Assembly (NCBI GenBank): GCA_963845755.1
Contig: CAWJTV010000026.1
Span: 163,846-227,845, forward strand
DNA: 64,000 bases
Origin: an uncultured Planctomycetota bacterium
Lineage (GTDB): Bacteria; Planctomycetota; Planctomycetia; Isosphaerales; Isosphaeraceae
Reading direction: 5' to 3'
Shown: piece after piece, positions 20,366-32,798 of the stretch
How positions within the stretch are numbered: position 1 is the first letter of the stretch
Layout of the letters: each line of letters opens with the position of its first letter
Notes under the pieces: generated by a model
The model's database searches: none
The model's input: the letters and a program-made list of their open reading frames with translations, nothing else
Told to the model about the DNA's origin: nothing
Program-made: the position numbers and the translations under genes

Positions 20366-20534
20366 TTGAATCACGGTACGCTCGACCTCGTCGAGCGTGA
20401 TCGGATCGCCGGTGTCGGGCAGTTCCGGCCGTAGGTCGAGCGGAGTCGCCGCGGGCGGTGGGTCAGGCGTCGGGCTGGGGGAGGCCGAGGCGTACCTTGG
20501 GCGAATCGTCCCTGAAACGACCGTGTACGGGGGG

Positions 20535-21746
20535 TTACGTCGGAGCCGGTGCGATGCCGTCGGGCGTGACGAGAAAGGGCCGGGGGGTAATCGGATAGCT
20601 CGACGTGCGATAATCCTTGCGCAACTGGCGCTCGGTCCGCTGGTTGAAGCGGCGCCGGTCGGAATAGACAATCAGGGTATCTCGATCCGGGATGCCGGCC
20701 CGGAACGGGCTCCCGAGCGGACCGGAGAACAGCCGGTGCAGGTCGGGATGGAGGAGTCGGCTGGACGCCAACCCGTCGCCGGTGGCGATGACGATCAAGT
20801 GTCCCCCGTCCCGCTGCCGCGCCCCTTCCAACTTGGTCGGCCAGGAAAGCCGGGACAGGTTTGTGATGGCCACCTCGTGGATGGTCTGAGCATCCGTCTC
20901 CCAGCGGTCCACGTCCGCGGTGGTCACGAACCGGAAGATGTCCTTGCTCCGGAGGACGTAACAGATCACCACATCGGTGAGCCATTCACTTACGAGCGAA
21001 TGCCGGGCGGCGGAATCGGACTGGAGGTAGCTGCGAGGCTTCAAGACGGGGAGCAAGCGAGCTTGTGCCTCGTCCCAGATTTCCTGCCCGAGCGGCTGAT
21101 CCATGGATTGGGCCAGGCTCTGCACGAAATGCTGGATGATCTGGACCCGACGGCCAGGAGCCGCGCGCACCTCCCGATGGAGGTTGCTCAGGAACACGAC
21201 GCGGTTGTGCCCGCGGATCCCTTTCTCGTCGGCCTGGAAGTCTTGCTCGGGATGTCGCTCCCGCAACAGCGCCAGCACCTCGTTGGTCAGTTGTCGCAGG
21301 GCCAGCTCCTCGTCGCGCGTGATCTCCAGGGTGGCCATCAATTGCTCGAAGGGCGGGTTCCAGATGTCGCGCTCCGCCGCCGGGACCTGGCTGCTGGCGA
21401 AGAGCACCACATCGCCGCCTGCGATCAGCCAGTAATGGCCGCCTTCCCCCTCCTTGTGGACATCGGCCTTGACGCCGTAGTGGCGCAGGGTCGGATCGCG
21501 GCGGACGTTGCCCCCCTCCATGTGCGGGAGCACCTGGGTGAGGATCTTGGGAAGCTCCTCGGTCAGTCGGCCGCTGTCCACGCTGACCGGCATCAGGGAA
21601 ATCCACAGCCCGACATCATCGCGGTCATGGGGCCCGAACCCGCAGGAGGTTGCCTCGTCTTTCTGGACCTGGTCCCAGTAGTCCGGGTACTCGAGTCGGT
21701 AGACTCCCGCGGGATGACGGAATTTCTTCCAATGGATCGGTAACAT
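20535..21746 (-). CDS. DUF1444-like domain protein
   Basis: LLPVLKP...A..NL...DGLASSRLL...AGIPDRDTL...YPITP..F C-terminal pattern. Confidence 0.7.
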   Translation of the reverse strand: MLPIHWKKFRHPAGVYRLEYPDYWDQVQKDEATSCGFGPHDRDDVGLWISLMPVSVDSGRLTEELPKILTQVLPHMEGGNVRRDPTLRHYGVKADVHKEGEGGHYWLIAGGDVVLFASSQVPAAERDIWNPPFEQLMATLEITRDEELALRQLTNEVLALLRERHPEQDFQADEKGIRGHNRVVFLSNLHREVRAAPGRRVQIIQHFVQSLAQSMDQPLGQEIWDEAQARLLPVLKPRSYLQSDSAARHSLVSEWLTDVVICYVLRSKDIFRFVTTADVDRWETDAQTIHEVAITNLSRLSWPTKLEGARQRDGGHLIVIATGDGLASSRLLHPDLHRLFSGPLGSPFRAGIPDRDTLIVYSDRRRFNQRTERQLRKDYRTSSYPITPRPFLVTPDGIAPAPT

Positions 21747-22032
21747 GATCATCCGTAGGAAAAAGACAAAACGAACACCCAATCTCGCCTGGAATCCGGC
21801 CCGGCGGCCTCCAGCGGGAATTCGTCAACAGTATCCGAAGGTTTGCTCGACGGCCAGAGGCGCGCTCCTCCGCGGGGGGGTTCCGGGGCAGGAGATGCAC
21901 CTGGCCGGGCGGGCGGCTCATTCCGGCTGAGGTCGTGCGGCCGGTGCGAAGAGTCAGAATCCCGGAGTGTTGACGCCGGGTTGACGGACCGCGATTCCGC
22001 CTCGGTCCGCTCCTCCGGGCCGAGTGTATCGG

Positions 22033-22377
22033 TCAATTCAACGGACGAAACGGGGCCGTGAATTCGTCATCCTGAACGGAGCAGAACAAGCTGGGATGTG
22101 CCTTGAACTTCGCCCAGAGCACGCCGACCTCATGATCGTCCATCAGGAAGCATCGACCCAGATACATACCATCCCGCGGAGCGATCGAATATTTGACGTA
22201 AACGCAGTCGGGCCGCTCGGCCAACTGACCAAGCACGTCGGCCAAAAGCGCCTGGTCCGTGGCCACGAAGCAAAGCTTCTTCTGGCTGAATCGGCTCTCA
22301 TCCTTCCATGCCGGACCCAGGAATGCCATGAAGTACCCGTCCGGAGTCGGGCGAAAGATGCTCTCGACCTGCGACAC
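22033..22377 (-). CDS. Hypothetical protein
   Basis: GAGGAGG RBS before GTG 22377; 114 aa with natural composition. Confidence 0.65.
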   Translation of the reverse strand: MSQVESIFRPTPDGYFMAFLGPAWKDESRFSQKKLCFVATDQALLADVLGQLAERPDCVYVKYSIAPRDGMYLGRCFLMDDHEVGVLWAKFKAHPSLFCSVQDDEFTAPFRPLN

Positions 22378-22513
22378 GGCAACCTCCTCTCGCTTGCCCG
22401 GCATCGGCGCCCACCTGTTCGCCGCCGACACCGAGGATACCACGAGTGCCCCTGCGCGGCGATGCCTTGGATCTACAGCGATCCACAGTTGGGTTGCGCT
22501 CGCGACGGCAACG

Positions 22514-23485
22514 CTGTCGCGCCCGGAGATCAGTGCCATCGAGACCGGCCGGCTGGTCCCCTCGACCGTGACGGCTCTGGCCCTGGCGGCGGCATTCGAT
22601 TGCCAGGTGGAGCACCTCTTCCGACTGCGCCATCCCGAGACCGATCCGGTTGATTGGGCCTGGTCCCCCGGTCGTGAGCCCTGCCGATACTGGCACGCCG
22701 AGGTGGGTGCGAGCCGGAAGTTCTATCCCGTGGAACCGACCGAGTCGGTCATGGTGCCTCATGACGGCGTCTACCGGAACGGCTCGTTCTCGCGAGAGAT
22801 CGAGGCCGACCCGGGGCGAACTCTGGTCATGGCCTGTTGCGACCCCGCGACGGGCCTGCTGGCCGCCGCGCTCGCCCGCGCCGCGGACGTTCGGCTCATC
22901 GCGCTTCCACGGTCCAGCGGCACGGCCCTGGCCCTGCTCGGTCAAGGACGGGTGCATGTGGCCGGCGTGCATTTGGCGACGACCGAGCAGCCGGGAGGAA
23001 ACGCGGCGATCGTCCGGCGCGAGCTCGGGACCGGCTACACTCTGGTCCGGGTCGCGCGCTGGGAGGAAGGGATTGCCGCGGCAACCCGGCTCCGACTGGC
23101 TTCCGTCAGCAATGCCGTGAGTTCCCATCTGAGGTGGATCGGTCGGGAACACGGGTCCGGGGCACGCCAGTGCCTCGATGAACTCTTCGGTGATCGACGT
23201 CCTCCCCGTCGGCTCGCGTCCAGCCATCGCGGCGTCGCCGAGGCCGTTCGTTGCGGGTGGGCGGATGCGGGGGTCTGCCTCCGCCTCGTGAGCGAGGAGG
23301 CCGGCTTGGACTTCCTTCGCGTCCGCGAGGAGGCATATGATATCTGTTTCCCCGAACGTTGGGAGGGAGATCCTCGGATCCAGGCCCTGCTCCGCGTCGT
23401 GCGCTCGGCGTCTTACCGCAGGGCCCTGGATGACCTGCCCGGTTACCGCAGTGCGGAGACTGGTGAGGAGCACCGCATCAGTTGA
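22514..23485 (+). CDS. XRE-HTH + PBP-superfamily (molybdate-binding-like) regulator; 5' end missing or degenerate
   Basis: ISAIETGRLVPS..ALALAAAF HTH half; SSGTALALL..G.VHVAGVHL, REHGSGARQ, SHRGVAEAV..GWADAGV; no convincing start codon found. Confidence 0.8.
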   Translation: MSRPEISAIETGRLVPSTVTALALAAAFDCQVEHLFRLRHPETDPVDWAWSPGREPCRYWHAEVGASRKFYPVEPTESVMVPHDGVYRNGSFSREIEADPGRTLVMACCDPATGLLAAALARAADVRLIALPRSSGTALALLGQGRVHVAGVHLATTEQPGGNAAIVRRELGTGYTLVRVARWEEGIAAATRLRLASVSNAVSSHLRWIGREHGSGARQCLDELFGDRRPPRRLASSHRGVAEAVRCGWADAGVCLRLVSEEAGLDFLRVREEAYDICFPERWEGDPRIQALLRVVRSASYRRALDDLPGYRSAETGEEHRIS

Positions 23486-23582
23486 TCCGGTAATCCGCGG
23501 CGAGTGGCGGGCCTCCGCCGGGGTCAAGGCGCCCTCGAGGGACGTGCGAACGGCGAGCGGATAGCATGGGAGTTTTCGAGCG

Positions 23583-25025
23583 GTGAAGACACTGGCGATC
23601 ATCGGTGGCGGATTCTGCGGCACTCTCACCGCGGTCAACCTCGCCCGCTTGAGCACCGACACGCTACGCGTGATCATCGTCAACAACCAGTATCCGCTGG
23701 GCCGCGGCATCGCCTACGGGACGCTCCGCCCGGAACATCTCCTCAACGTCGTCGCCCGCAATATGTCGGCGTTCCCGGACCTGCCGTCTCACTTCGTGGA
23801 CTGGCTCCGCAATCGCGCCGACTTCGCGGAAATCCCGATGGCGGACCTGAGCGAACGATTCGTGCCCCGTCGGGTCTATGGCGATTATCTCCAGGACCTC
23901 TTGTTCTGGCAGGCACAGCCCTTGGCCGGACCGGGTCGGGTCCAGATCGATCGGATCGACGACGAGGTTCTTGACGTGGTCCCGTCCGTCCGCGGCGCGC
24001 AGCTCGTTCTGAAGAGCGGCGACCCCTTGGAGGCCGATCGGGTCGTCCTCGCCACGGGGAATCTCGCGCCGCACGACCTGATCCCCCCGGGGCCCGTGCA
24101 CGAGCATCCCGCCTACTGCGCCAACCCGTGGCGTGGGTGGTACGAAAAGCTACCGGACTCGCGGGAGGATGTCCTCCTGGTCGGGACCGGGCTCACCATG
24201 ATCGACGTGTTCTTGACCCTCCACACCGTCGGGTGGGACGGGGCGATTTACGCCGTCTCGCGTAACGGCCTCTTGCCGCTGCCGCACTTCCGAGGGAGCG
24301 ACTACCCCCCGTTTCCTCCGGACGACGTCGAGACATTGGGCCTGCACGAGCTCGTGGCGCTGATGGAAGAGCACTGCGGCCGGCTCCGGGCGGACGGGAG
24401 GAATCCCGCCGTCGTCGTGGACAAGCTTCGCCCATTCACTCAGCGCATCTGGCGCAACTTCTCCGTCGCGGAAAAGCAGGAGTTCTCCCGGCAATACCGG
24501 ACCCGCTGGAACGTCGTGCGGCACCGCATCCCGCCCGCTGTATCCGGGCAGATCGAGACCGCTCAGGAGGAGAATCGTCTTCACATTCTCAAGGGAAGGC
24601 TTCGTGACGTGCGGGGCGAGGGTGAGCAGATCCGGGTGACGATCGACCCGGGGAACGGCCAGCCGCCGCACGAACTGGTGGTGGGATTTCTCATCAATTG
24701 TACCGGACCCCGAGAGTCTCTCAACGACGCGCCGGAGCCCCTTTTCCGGAAGCTGTTTGAACGAGGGCTGGTCCGTCCGGACGAGCTGGACATGGGGATC
24801 GAGGTCACGCCGGACTTCGCCGTCGTAGGCAATGAGGGGCGAGCCTCGGACTATCTCTTTGCCATCGGCCCCCTGCTCAGGGGCACCCTCTGGGAGACGA
24901 CCGCGGTTCCCGAATTGCGCGCCCAGGCTCATCAGGTGGCAAAAGCCCTGCTGGCCGTCGATCAACGGCGCCAACCGGACTGGGCGCAGGAAACGCCGGC
25001 GAACCTGGTGGAATACTACATCTGA
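23583..25025 (+). CDS. FAD/NAD(P)-binding protein (COG4529-like)
   Basis: IIGGGFCG, GRGIAYGT, HLLNV, VLATGN, VGTGLTMID, INCTGP, WETTAVPELR. Confidence 0.9.
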   Translation: MKTLAIIGGGFCGTLTAVNLARLSTDTLRVIIVNNQYPLGRGIAYGTLRPEHLLNVVARNMSAFPDLPSHFVDWLRNRADFAEIPMADLSERFVPRRVYGDYLQDLLFWQAQPLAGPGRVQIDRIDDEVLDVVPSVRGAQLVLKSGDPLEADRVVLATGNLAPHDLIPPGPVHEHPAYCANPWRGWYEKLPDSREDVLLVGTGLTMIDVFLTLHTVGWDGAIYAVSRNGLLPLPHFRGSDYPPFPPDDVETLGLHELVALMEEHCGRLRADGRNPAVVVDKLRPFTQRIWRNFSVAEKQEFSRQYRTRWNVVRHRIPPAVSGQIETAQEENRLHILKGRLRDVRGEGEQIRVTIDPGNGQPPHELVVGFLINCTGPRESLNDAPEPLFRKLFERGLVRPDELDMGIEVTPDFAVVGNEGRASDYLFAIGPLLRGTLWETTAVPELRAQAHQVAKALLAVDQRRQPDWAQETPANLVEYYI

Positions 25026-25131
25026 GGGGGAGGACCGATCCGGGGACTGGAGATGAAGCTACACAACTCAGCGTGCGGTCGTTGAAGGCGCACCCTGGGT
25101 TGAAGCTTGCAGGTCCGCTGTAGGGTCCTGA

Positions 25132-26362
25132 TCACAGGTACGACAGCCATCCCCCACGGTGGCGCCGCTTGACCCCTGCGAACCATCGGCAGGGCGGATA
25201 CAAGATGGCGAGCACCACGGCCCAGATCGCGTAGGTCCACGGTAAGCCGAGCGGCCACCCCGGGGGCTGGCCGGTCAGTGTGGCCTCGGAGAAGAGCCAG
25301 CCGAGGGGAAAGCCCCGCCCCATGGCGACGAGGATGGCTAGCGAGTGGAGCATGTACCATTGCAAGAGGTAAAAGAACAATGGTACGCGTCCGAGCGTTA
25401 CCAGTGCCCGGCGGAGAGGGCCGCGGGCACCCATGTCGTCGAACCACGCCAGACCCACCAGCGCCGGACCGAGCGTCATCAACAGGAACAGGAGCGACGG
25501 CGGGTACTTCGTGCAGTTCAGGAACGCCAGCGCCGTGAGGAGCGGCGTGCGCTGCGTGGTCCACGGGTTCGGCTCACCGTAACCGCCCCAGGCGCGCAGG
25601 CCCACGAACGCCGTGGTCAACACCAGGCCGGTGGCGAGCATCACCGAACGCCTCCGCGCCGGTTCGAGCTGGATCACTTCGCCGAATCCATAGCCCGCGG
25701 CGACCACCCCGAGCCAGGGGAGCAGCGGGTAGCCTACGGTCACATTCACGCCCCCCGGCAGCGAGAACAGTCCCGGCCGGAAGAAGAGCACGGCCAGCGG
25801 CTGGAGTGGTCCCAGGACGCCGGGATTGAAACCGAACAGATCGGCCAGATTGTGGGTTGCGATCAACAATACGCCGAGCACCCAATCACCCGGCTGGGAA
25901 GGAAGACCAGCCCCGACATCACCAGGAACGACCCGCCGATCGACCAGAAGACGAGCAGCATCTCCCTGCGGGCGCCGGGTTGAAGAACAGGCCGAACTTC
26001 ACCACGGTCAGCTCGAGGATGATCAGCCAGATCCCGCGCGTGGCGAGGAACCGCGCGAGATCGGCCCGAGACCGGCCCCGAACACCGGCCAGGTAGGCGC
26101 CCGTCCCTGCAAGGAAGGCGAACGACGGCGCGCAGAAATGCGTGATCCATCGCGTCAGGAACAGCGCAGGGGTCGCCCGGGAGAGATCGGTCGGGCTGAC
26201 GGGTCCGTTGCTGAAGAAGTCGCGCGTATGGTCGATCACCATCAACACCATCACCAGCCCGCGGAGCAGGTTGACCGCGTCGTAGCGAGCGGACGGAGTG
26301 GACGTGGGCGTCGCCGCAAGTTCGGTTGTGTTGTCCGACAGGACGGCGGGCTCGATCGACAC
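25132..26362 (-). CDS. DUF1624 / heparan-alpha-glucosaminide N-acetyltransferase-like membrane protein (frameshifts near 25970 and 25880)
   Basis: LRGLVMVLMVIDHTRDF, TRWITHFCAP, YPLLPWLGV, KYPPSLLFLLMTLG. Confidence 0.88.
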
Positions 26363-26789
26363 GCTGTGGGTTCCTTGACGCCAACCGGGCGGATCCCCTC
26401 GGGCTCTCGATCTCCGAACACGGGTCCTGTCATATTGATCGAATCCCCGCGCGTTGCAAGTGGGTTCTTCCCGGGCATGGCGCACGGCGAGCCCATGCTT
26501 GGCGGAGGTGTGGCGGGGAAAGACGCCCGTCTCCTGTGGGCCGGCGTTGCGGCTGCGCCGAGTGCGGAGAGAGGGCGGTGGACCCGCTCACTGGCGGGAA
26601 TTTCCGTTGTCCGCCGCATTCCGGGGCGTGCCGCAGGATGGCTTCGCGCAAGCCTGGATCGCGTCGGAAACCCGATCCTGCCTCCCCAGCGGAGGTCAGG
26701 ATCGCGATGCAGCCCGGTTCCGGAAAAAGCCGGCGCACGATGAGGGATCGGCGTCTTCGCCGCATCCGTCCCGCGGGTGAAGAGGGGCC

Positions 26790-27649
26790 CTAGTTTTCCA
26801 CCGGCTCGCCGATTTCGCGGAGGTCGCTCGTGAGCTTTTGCAGCGCCTGGTTTTCGAGCTGGCGGACGCGTTCCCGGGTGAGGCCCAGGTTCTCGCCGAC
26901 CTCGCGCAGGGTCATGGGGTCGTAGGGCTCGAGTCCGAACCGCATGCGGATGACGGTGGCCTCGCGGTTGTCGAGCTCGTCGATGTGCTCGAAGATGCGG
27001 TCGAGGTCGTCGGCCTCGATGAGCTGGTCTTCCGCGCCCTTGGTGCGATCGTCGGTCAGGACGTCGTCCAGCGCCGGGCCCTCGTCTTGCGAGTTCTCGC
27101 TGTGCGGAGTCAGGTTGTTGACCCGGATCGCCTTGGCGACGATGCCGATCTTTCGCTTGGAGAGCCGCAGCGCCTTGCCGACCTCCTCCGGCGTGGGGGC
27201 GCGCCCATCCGCTCGGTTAGCACATCGGTGGCCCGCTTCCATTTCGCCAGCAGGCTCACCATGTAGGCCGGCAGCCGGATCGGCTTGCCGTTGTTCATCA
27301 CCGCGCGCCGGATCGATTGCTTGATCCAGTAACTGGCGTAGGTGCTGAACCGCGTGTCCATCATGCCGTCGAACCCTTCGACGGCGCGCATCAGACCGAG
27401 GTTCCCTTCCTCGATCAGGTCCTCCAGGCTCAGCCCCTTGCCCAGGTAGCCCCGCGCGATGTTCACGACCAGCCGCAGGTTGGCCTTGACCATGTGGTCC
27501 CGCGCGTACGGGTCGCCCATCGCCACACGCTCCGCCAGATCCCGCTCCTCGTCGGCCGACAAGAGTGGCGTATCGTTGATATCATGCAGGTAGATCTGCA
27601 GTGGAGACGCTGGATGAATTTCCCGGCGATCAATCCGGCGAACGCTCAT
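26790..27649 (-). CDS. RNA polymerase sigma-70 factor, RpoD/RpoS-like lacking region 1.1 (frameshift near 27210)
   Basis: ANLRLVVNIA, DLIEEGNLGLMRAVEGFD, RFSTYASYWIKQSIRRA, TLREVGENLGLTRERVRQLE. Confidence 0.92.
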
Positions 27650-28068
27650 GGCGGGTTTTTCCCAGGTGAGAGTCGAGAGGTCGTATGGAAATGTCTCGCG
27701 ACGAACCGGCCTCGCGATTCCGCGATTGCGCACTCGCGCTGGTCCGCGACAGAAACCTAGGACATGTCGGGCCGCTGTCAACTCGTGCTGCCAGAAAGCG
27801 ACCGTGATTGAGGGGACGTGGGGGCCGGGATTCGCGATTCGAGATTGAGGTCGTGTCCCGGCCGCGGGGAGCGGCCGGTTTCCGCGGTTCCTCGGAGGGG
27901 ATGAGGATCCGGTGTCGAGGCGCACAAAGTGTGATTTCTCTTCGAGTTAGAGCGACTGCCGATTCTGGCTCATCATTGCCTCGGTCTCAAGGATTCTGGG
28001 ATGACTTCCTCCGACGACGAAGCAGAGCGTCACAGGGGGCGAAGACCGTAATCGTCCGGGCTTTGGTG

Positions 28069-31000
28069 TTATCGAGCCGGCAGGGGACGGGCCCGCCAGA
28101 GCCTGACTTCCCCGTCGTGGCTGCACGACGCGAGAGATAGGCCGTCGGGGGCGAAGGCGAGTCCGTTAACCTGGGCCTTGTGCCCCTGCAGGATCAGCAG
28201 CTCCTGGCCGGTGAGTGTGTCCCAGAGGCGGATCTTGCCCGATTTGCCACACGTCGCCAGCGACCGGCCATCGGGGGCAACGGCGAGATTGAGCAACTTG
28301 TCGCTTTCGCCGCGGATCAGCTTCAGGACCGCCAGGCTGGACGCGTCGTGGATTGCGATCAAACCGGTGTCGTCAGCGGCCATCAGGGTTGCACCGTCGG
28401 GCGCGAACGCGAGGGCGACCAGGTAAGCGGAGCCGCGCTGCGTCTGCAAGAGTCGGCCGGTTCCGGCGTCCCAGAGCCGCACCGTCTGGTCGTTGCTGGC
28501 CGTGGCGAGCGTTCGACCGTCGGGCGAATACGCCAGCGAGCCGCACCACATCGGTGTGGCCGCTGAGGTCACGGACCCAGCTTCCTGTGGCGACGTCCCA
28601 GAAACGGATTGACCAGTCTTGACCCGATTCACCCTTCCGCCCTCCCGCCGTGGCCAGCGTCCGTCCGTCAGGGGTGAAAGCAACCGACCGGATCTTGCGG
28701 TTGTGGTCCGCCAGCGTGTGTCCGAGGCCGCCGGTCGAAACATCCCACAGCCGAATATTGCCGCTGTTCGAGAGGTGGCCGGAAGCCAGGATTCGACCAT
28801 CGGGTGAAAACGCCAGCGAAGCCACCGTGCCGACGCCGCCACTCCAGCCGCGAAGGAGCTGGCCGGTGGCCGGATCCCAGAGCTTGATCGTCAGTCGCTC
28901 GTCCGTGTCATCGCTTCCGGTCGCGAGGATCTTGCCGTCGGGTGAGTAGGTCACGGCCCACGCCTCGTCCTTGTGGCCGGCGGGCAGCGGGGGCTCCGGG
29001 AACGGGTCGAAATGCCAGATTCGCGGTGAGCGGTGGCCGCTCGCGATGAGGGCGCGACTGCTGCCTGTGAAGACCAGGTCCGCGACGACCTGGTCCGGGC
29101 TGGGGAACGAACCGAGGCGTCGGCCGCTCGCAACGTCCCAGACAGCCACCGGCTGAACACCCCCGGGTTCGCCGGAGCTGTTTGTCGCCAGCCGGCTTCC
29201 ATCGGGGGAGAATACGGGATGGTGGGGGTGTCGCCCTCGTTCGAGGTTATCGGGTGTGATCAGGTGCGACCGGCCACTGGTGCGATTCCATACGTGAACG
29301 AGACCTGACCCATCGACCCCGGCCAGCCCGCTGCCGTCAGGGCTGAGCGCAATGACTGCGATGTGAGTACCGAACCGGTGCCTTGCCCGTTCGGCCCCGG
29401 TGACGAGATCGAGCACGACGACCGAATCTTCACCCAGGTTTGCTCCCAGGCATCGGCCATCCCCCGAGATCGCGAGATTTGGTGTCGTCGTGTAGGTCCC
29501 GGGCAGTTCCCCACGGACCGCCCCGGTGAACGCATCGTGGACTCTCAACCGACGATCCTTGCAGGTCACAAAGAACTCCGCCCCCGGCAGGAAGTGCGAG
29601 GCATCCAGCCCGTCTAAACGCGCCTGGGGCGTACGATCCGCCTGGCTGGCAACGCCTTCGAGGCTATGGAGCCGCACGGAGTATTTGGGGTCGGCGTCGA
29701 GAATGCGGCTTGCGAGCACGCGGCCACCAGCGAGGAGGTGAACCCACGATGGACGCCCCTTCGATGCGAGGTCCATGGGGAATTGTCCCAGGACCCGGCC
29801 AGACTTGGTGTCCCAGGCGGTGATCTGCGGGAACCGATCGTCGCCGAGGTCGCCTTGTTCCGCCGCGAGGACCCGACCATCCTCGCTGAGTACCAACCTT
29901 CGGCACTTCACCGGTCCAATCGTCCGCAACGGGCATTCCGCAACCAGGTCCCACAGGACGAGCATATTGTCGTTGTAGCCGACGGCGGCGGTCTGTCCGT
30001 CACCGGCCAAGGCCACGCACGCGAGCTGGGCGGCGCGCTCGGGCAGCCGGACGAGTTCGCGCGCGCGAGCCGGCGAAGATAATGCCAGGCAAACTCACCG
30101 ATGTCGTCGGCTCGAGGATCGGCGCGATCGCGTCGAGGAGATCCTGCGCCACCTCGAACTGGCGGGCTTCGATGGCCTGTTGAGCCAGCCGCAACTGGGC
30201 CGCCAGGAAGTGGCGGTCGGCCAGCTTCCGCTGCCGGCCGGCCTCACTCGCGTGACGCTCGGCTTCGCGTGCGTTCTGGTCCGCCCGGTCGACCTCGGCC
30301 TTGAGGGCGGCGTTGTACCGCGTGAGCCACGCGGCGTATTGCAGCGCGGCCCCGGCGAGGCCCATGATGAGGAGCACCAGCCCCGCCGTCGCGCCCACGA
30401 CCAGAGTGCGATGCCGCCGCACCCACTTCGCACCCCGGTCGGCCAGGCTCGGTCGGCGGGCGAAGATGGACCGGTTTTCAAGGTACCGACCGAGATCCGC
30501 GGCCAGGTCGGCGGCCGTCGAATACCGGTCAGCCGGCGACTTGGCCATCGCTTTCAGGACGATCGTCTCGAGATCGGCCGGGATCGTGGGGTCGAGCTTC
30601 CTCGGCGGAATTGGCTCGTCCTGGACGATCTGGCGGAGAAGCTCGAGACGATCCTCGCCGACGAAGGCCGGGCGCAGGGTCAGCAGCTCGTAGATGGTCA
30701 CGCCGAGCGAATAGATGTCTGTCCGGCCATCGAGCGGCGCCCGGCGTCCCAGGGCCTGCTCGGGGCTCATGTACCGGGGCGTGCCCAGGGCATCGCCGGT
30801 GTGGGTCAGGTCCAGGCCGCCCCGTACACGTGCCAGGCCGAAGTCGGTGATCCAGAGCTCGCCCGCGTGGTCGACGAGCAAGTTCGAGGGCTTGATGTCG
30901 CGATGGAGAACGTCGTTGGCATGGGCATGTTCGAGCGCCTTGGCCGCCTGCATGGCAAGCCGGGCCACTTCACGGGCGTACGAGTCCTCCTGAGTGGAGA

Positions 31001-31556
31001 GTGGCGTGGGCGTACGTGGCTCGCGGCGGTCGGCCTCTGTGGCCAGCAGCCCGTCAGGCCGCGACTCGCGGATGACCCGTGCCAGGTCGCGCCCGTCGAT
31101 GAACTGCATCGCATAATAAGGAATGCCGCCCGCCGACCCGGTGGCAAAGACAGGAACGATGTGCGGGTGGTTCAGACTGGCGGCGGCCTGGGCCTCCACC
31201 TGGAATCGATGGAGATGTCGAGGGTCGAGCGCCGCGGCATTGGGCAGGACCTTCAGCGCGACCCGCCGACCGAGCGCGACCTGTACGGCTTCGTACACAA
31301 CGCCCATGCCCCCCCGGCTCACTTCACGGACCAGCCGGAACTCGCCGAGGTGGCCAAGCTCGTTGGGAGGAGTTGCCGAGCCGGGCAAGTCGGCCATCAT
31401 CCGGATCGTGGGCAGGAGATCCAGGAGCGTCTCGGCGTGGTGGTCGTAGTCCTCCGGACGAACGGTCTCACCCCGCCGCAACCGCTCGCCGATCTCGGCG
31501 ACGATCTCCGCGAGTTCGGTGTCGTCGTTTCCGGTCGGATCTTCGATCGCACTCAT
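28069..31556 (-). CDS. Ser/Thr kinase with C-terminal WD40 repeats (frameshifts near 30110, 30020 and 28545)
   Basis: RGGMGVVY, VALK, HRDIKPSN, DFGLA, GTPRYMSPEQ, TM segment, many SPDG..LA...WD repeats. Confidence 0.9.
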
Positions 31557-32194
31557 GGCGCCGATCCCGAATCCTCGGTTTTCATGACGGAGCGGATCCG
31601 CTCGATGGCCCGCAAATGCCGCATCTTGGCCGCGCCTTCGCCGATGCCGAGGATCGCGGCGATCTCGGGAAATGTGAGGTCCTCCAGGTAGCGCATCACC
31701 AGGATCTCCCGATCGGGCGGCGTCAGCCGCCCCAGCGCGGCATGCACCTGCTGCCGACGTTCCTCCCGGACGAGGGCATGTCCCGGCGTGGAGTCACGGG
31801 CGACCAGATGATCGACCAGGAGTCGGGCCGAGTCATCGGGCCAGGCGAAGGTGCGTTCCTCGCGACCGACGCTTCGCCCCTCCGACCGCAGGTGCCGCCG
31901 GTGCGCCTGCGCCACCTGCTCCGCGGCCAGCCGGTGCAGCCAGGGATAGAACGGCAGCGGCCGTTCGCGTGCATAGGCCGCCAGCTTCCGCGACGCGTCG
32001 AGCAGCGTGTCCTGCACCACGTCGGAGGCATCGAGGCGAGACGAGACTCTCGAATCCAGCCTCAAGTCGACCATGCGCCGCAACCGCTCCCGATGTTGCT
32101 CCAGCAAGGTTTGCCATGCCGTGCTATTCCCTTCAGCCGCGGCGGTGAGCAGCGACTCCGTATCCTTTTCATTCGTGCGAGGACTCGAAGCCAT
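31553..32194 (-). CDS. ECF sigma factor, planctomycete TIGR02984 / ECF59-like (kinase-associated)
   Basis: RLRRMVDLRLD...DASDVVQDT...FYPWL...DREILVMRYLEDLTFPEIA; overlaps kinase start by 4 bp. Confidence 0.9.
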   Translation of the reverse strand: MASSPRTNEKDTESLLTAAAEGNSTAWQTLLEQHRERLRRMVDLRLDSRVSSRLDASDVVQDTLLDASRKLAAYARERPLPFYPWLHRLAAEQVAQAHRRHLRSEGRSVGREERTFAWPDDSARLLVDHLVARDSTPGHALVREERRQQVHAALGRLTPPDREILVMRYLEDLTFPEIAAILGIGEGAAKMRHLRAIERIRSVMKTEDSGSAP

Positions 32195-32798
32195 GAACCA
32201 ACTCACTTCTCGGTATCCTGCAACTCGGGTCATAACCGTCACACGATTTTTGCAGAAACCGGCGCGGAGGACCAGCCTTCGCGAACCACGTGCCAGACGA
32301 CGAGGAGCGAGATATTCGAAATGGTTGACGCGACCTTCGTGACCTTTTCGTATGACTTGTAGGATTCGCTGTAGAGCCCGGTGTGACCGACCATCGCGTT
32401 CACCCTGATCGGCGAAGGTACAGCGATCGATGTCTTCGTAGGGGCACGGCCGCCCCGATCACCAGCGGACGATGGACGCCCTGTGTCGTGCAACCGAAGG
32501 CGCACCGCCGCCGACCAGCGATTCCCCGTCGTTGGTCTCGCGCGGATCGCCCCATCTTGAGATGAGATCGAAGTCGATCGGGCCATGTCACTCGCGTCGG
32601 CGGCCCGGATCGGGGGATCCGGGATTCGGCGAGATCCTTTCGCGTGAAAGAATTCTTGTGCGTTCGGCGTGGGGCGATCGCCAGCACGTTGCAACGATGT
32701 TGATTGTCCTTGGTTCGTCGTCCTGGAGGCTCACAAGGCCAAGGTTCAAGACGAACTCACCAAGCAGGGATTGCTCATAACCAACGGATTCATGCATC

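Noticed and set aside
21830..22030. Possible structured ncRNA upstream of the DUF1444-like gene
   Set aside because: No tRNA, SRP, 6S or riboswitch signature recognisable by eye
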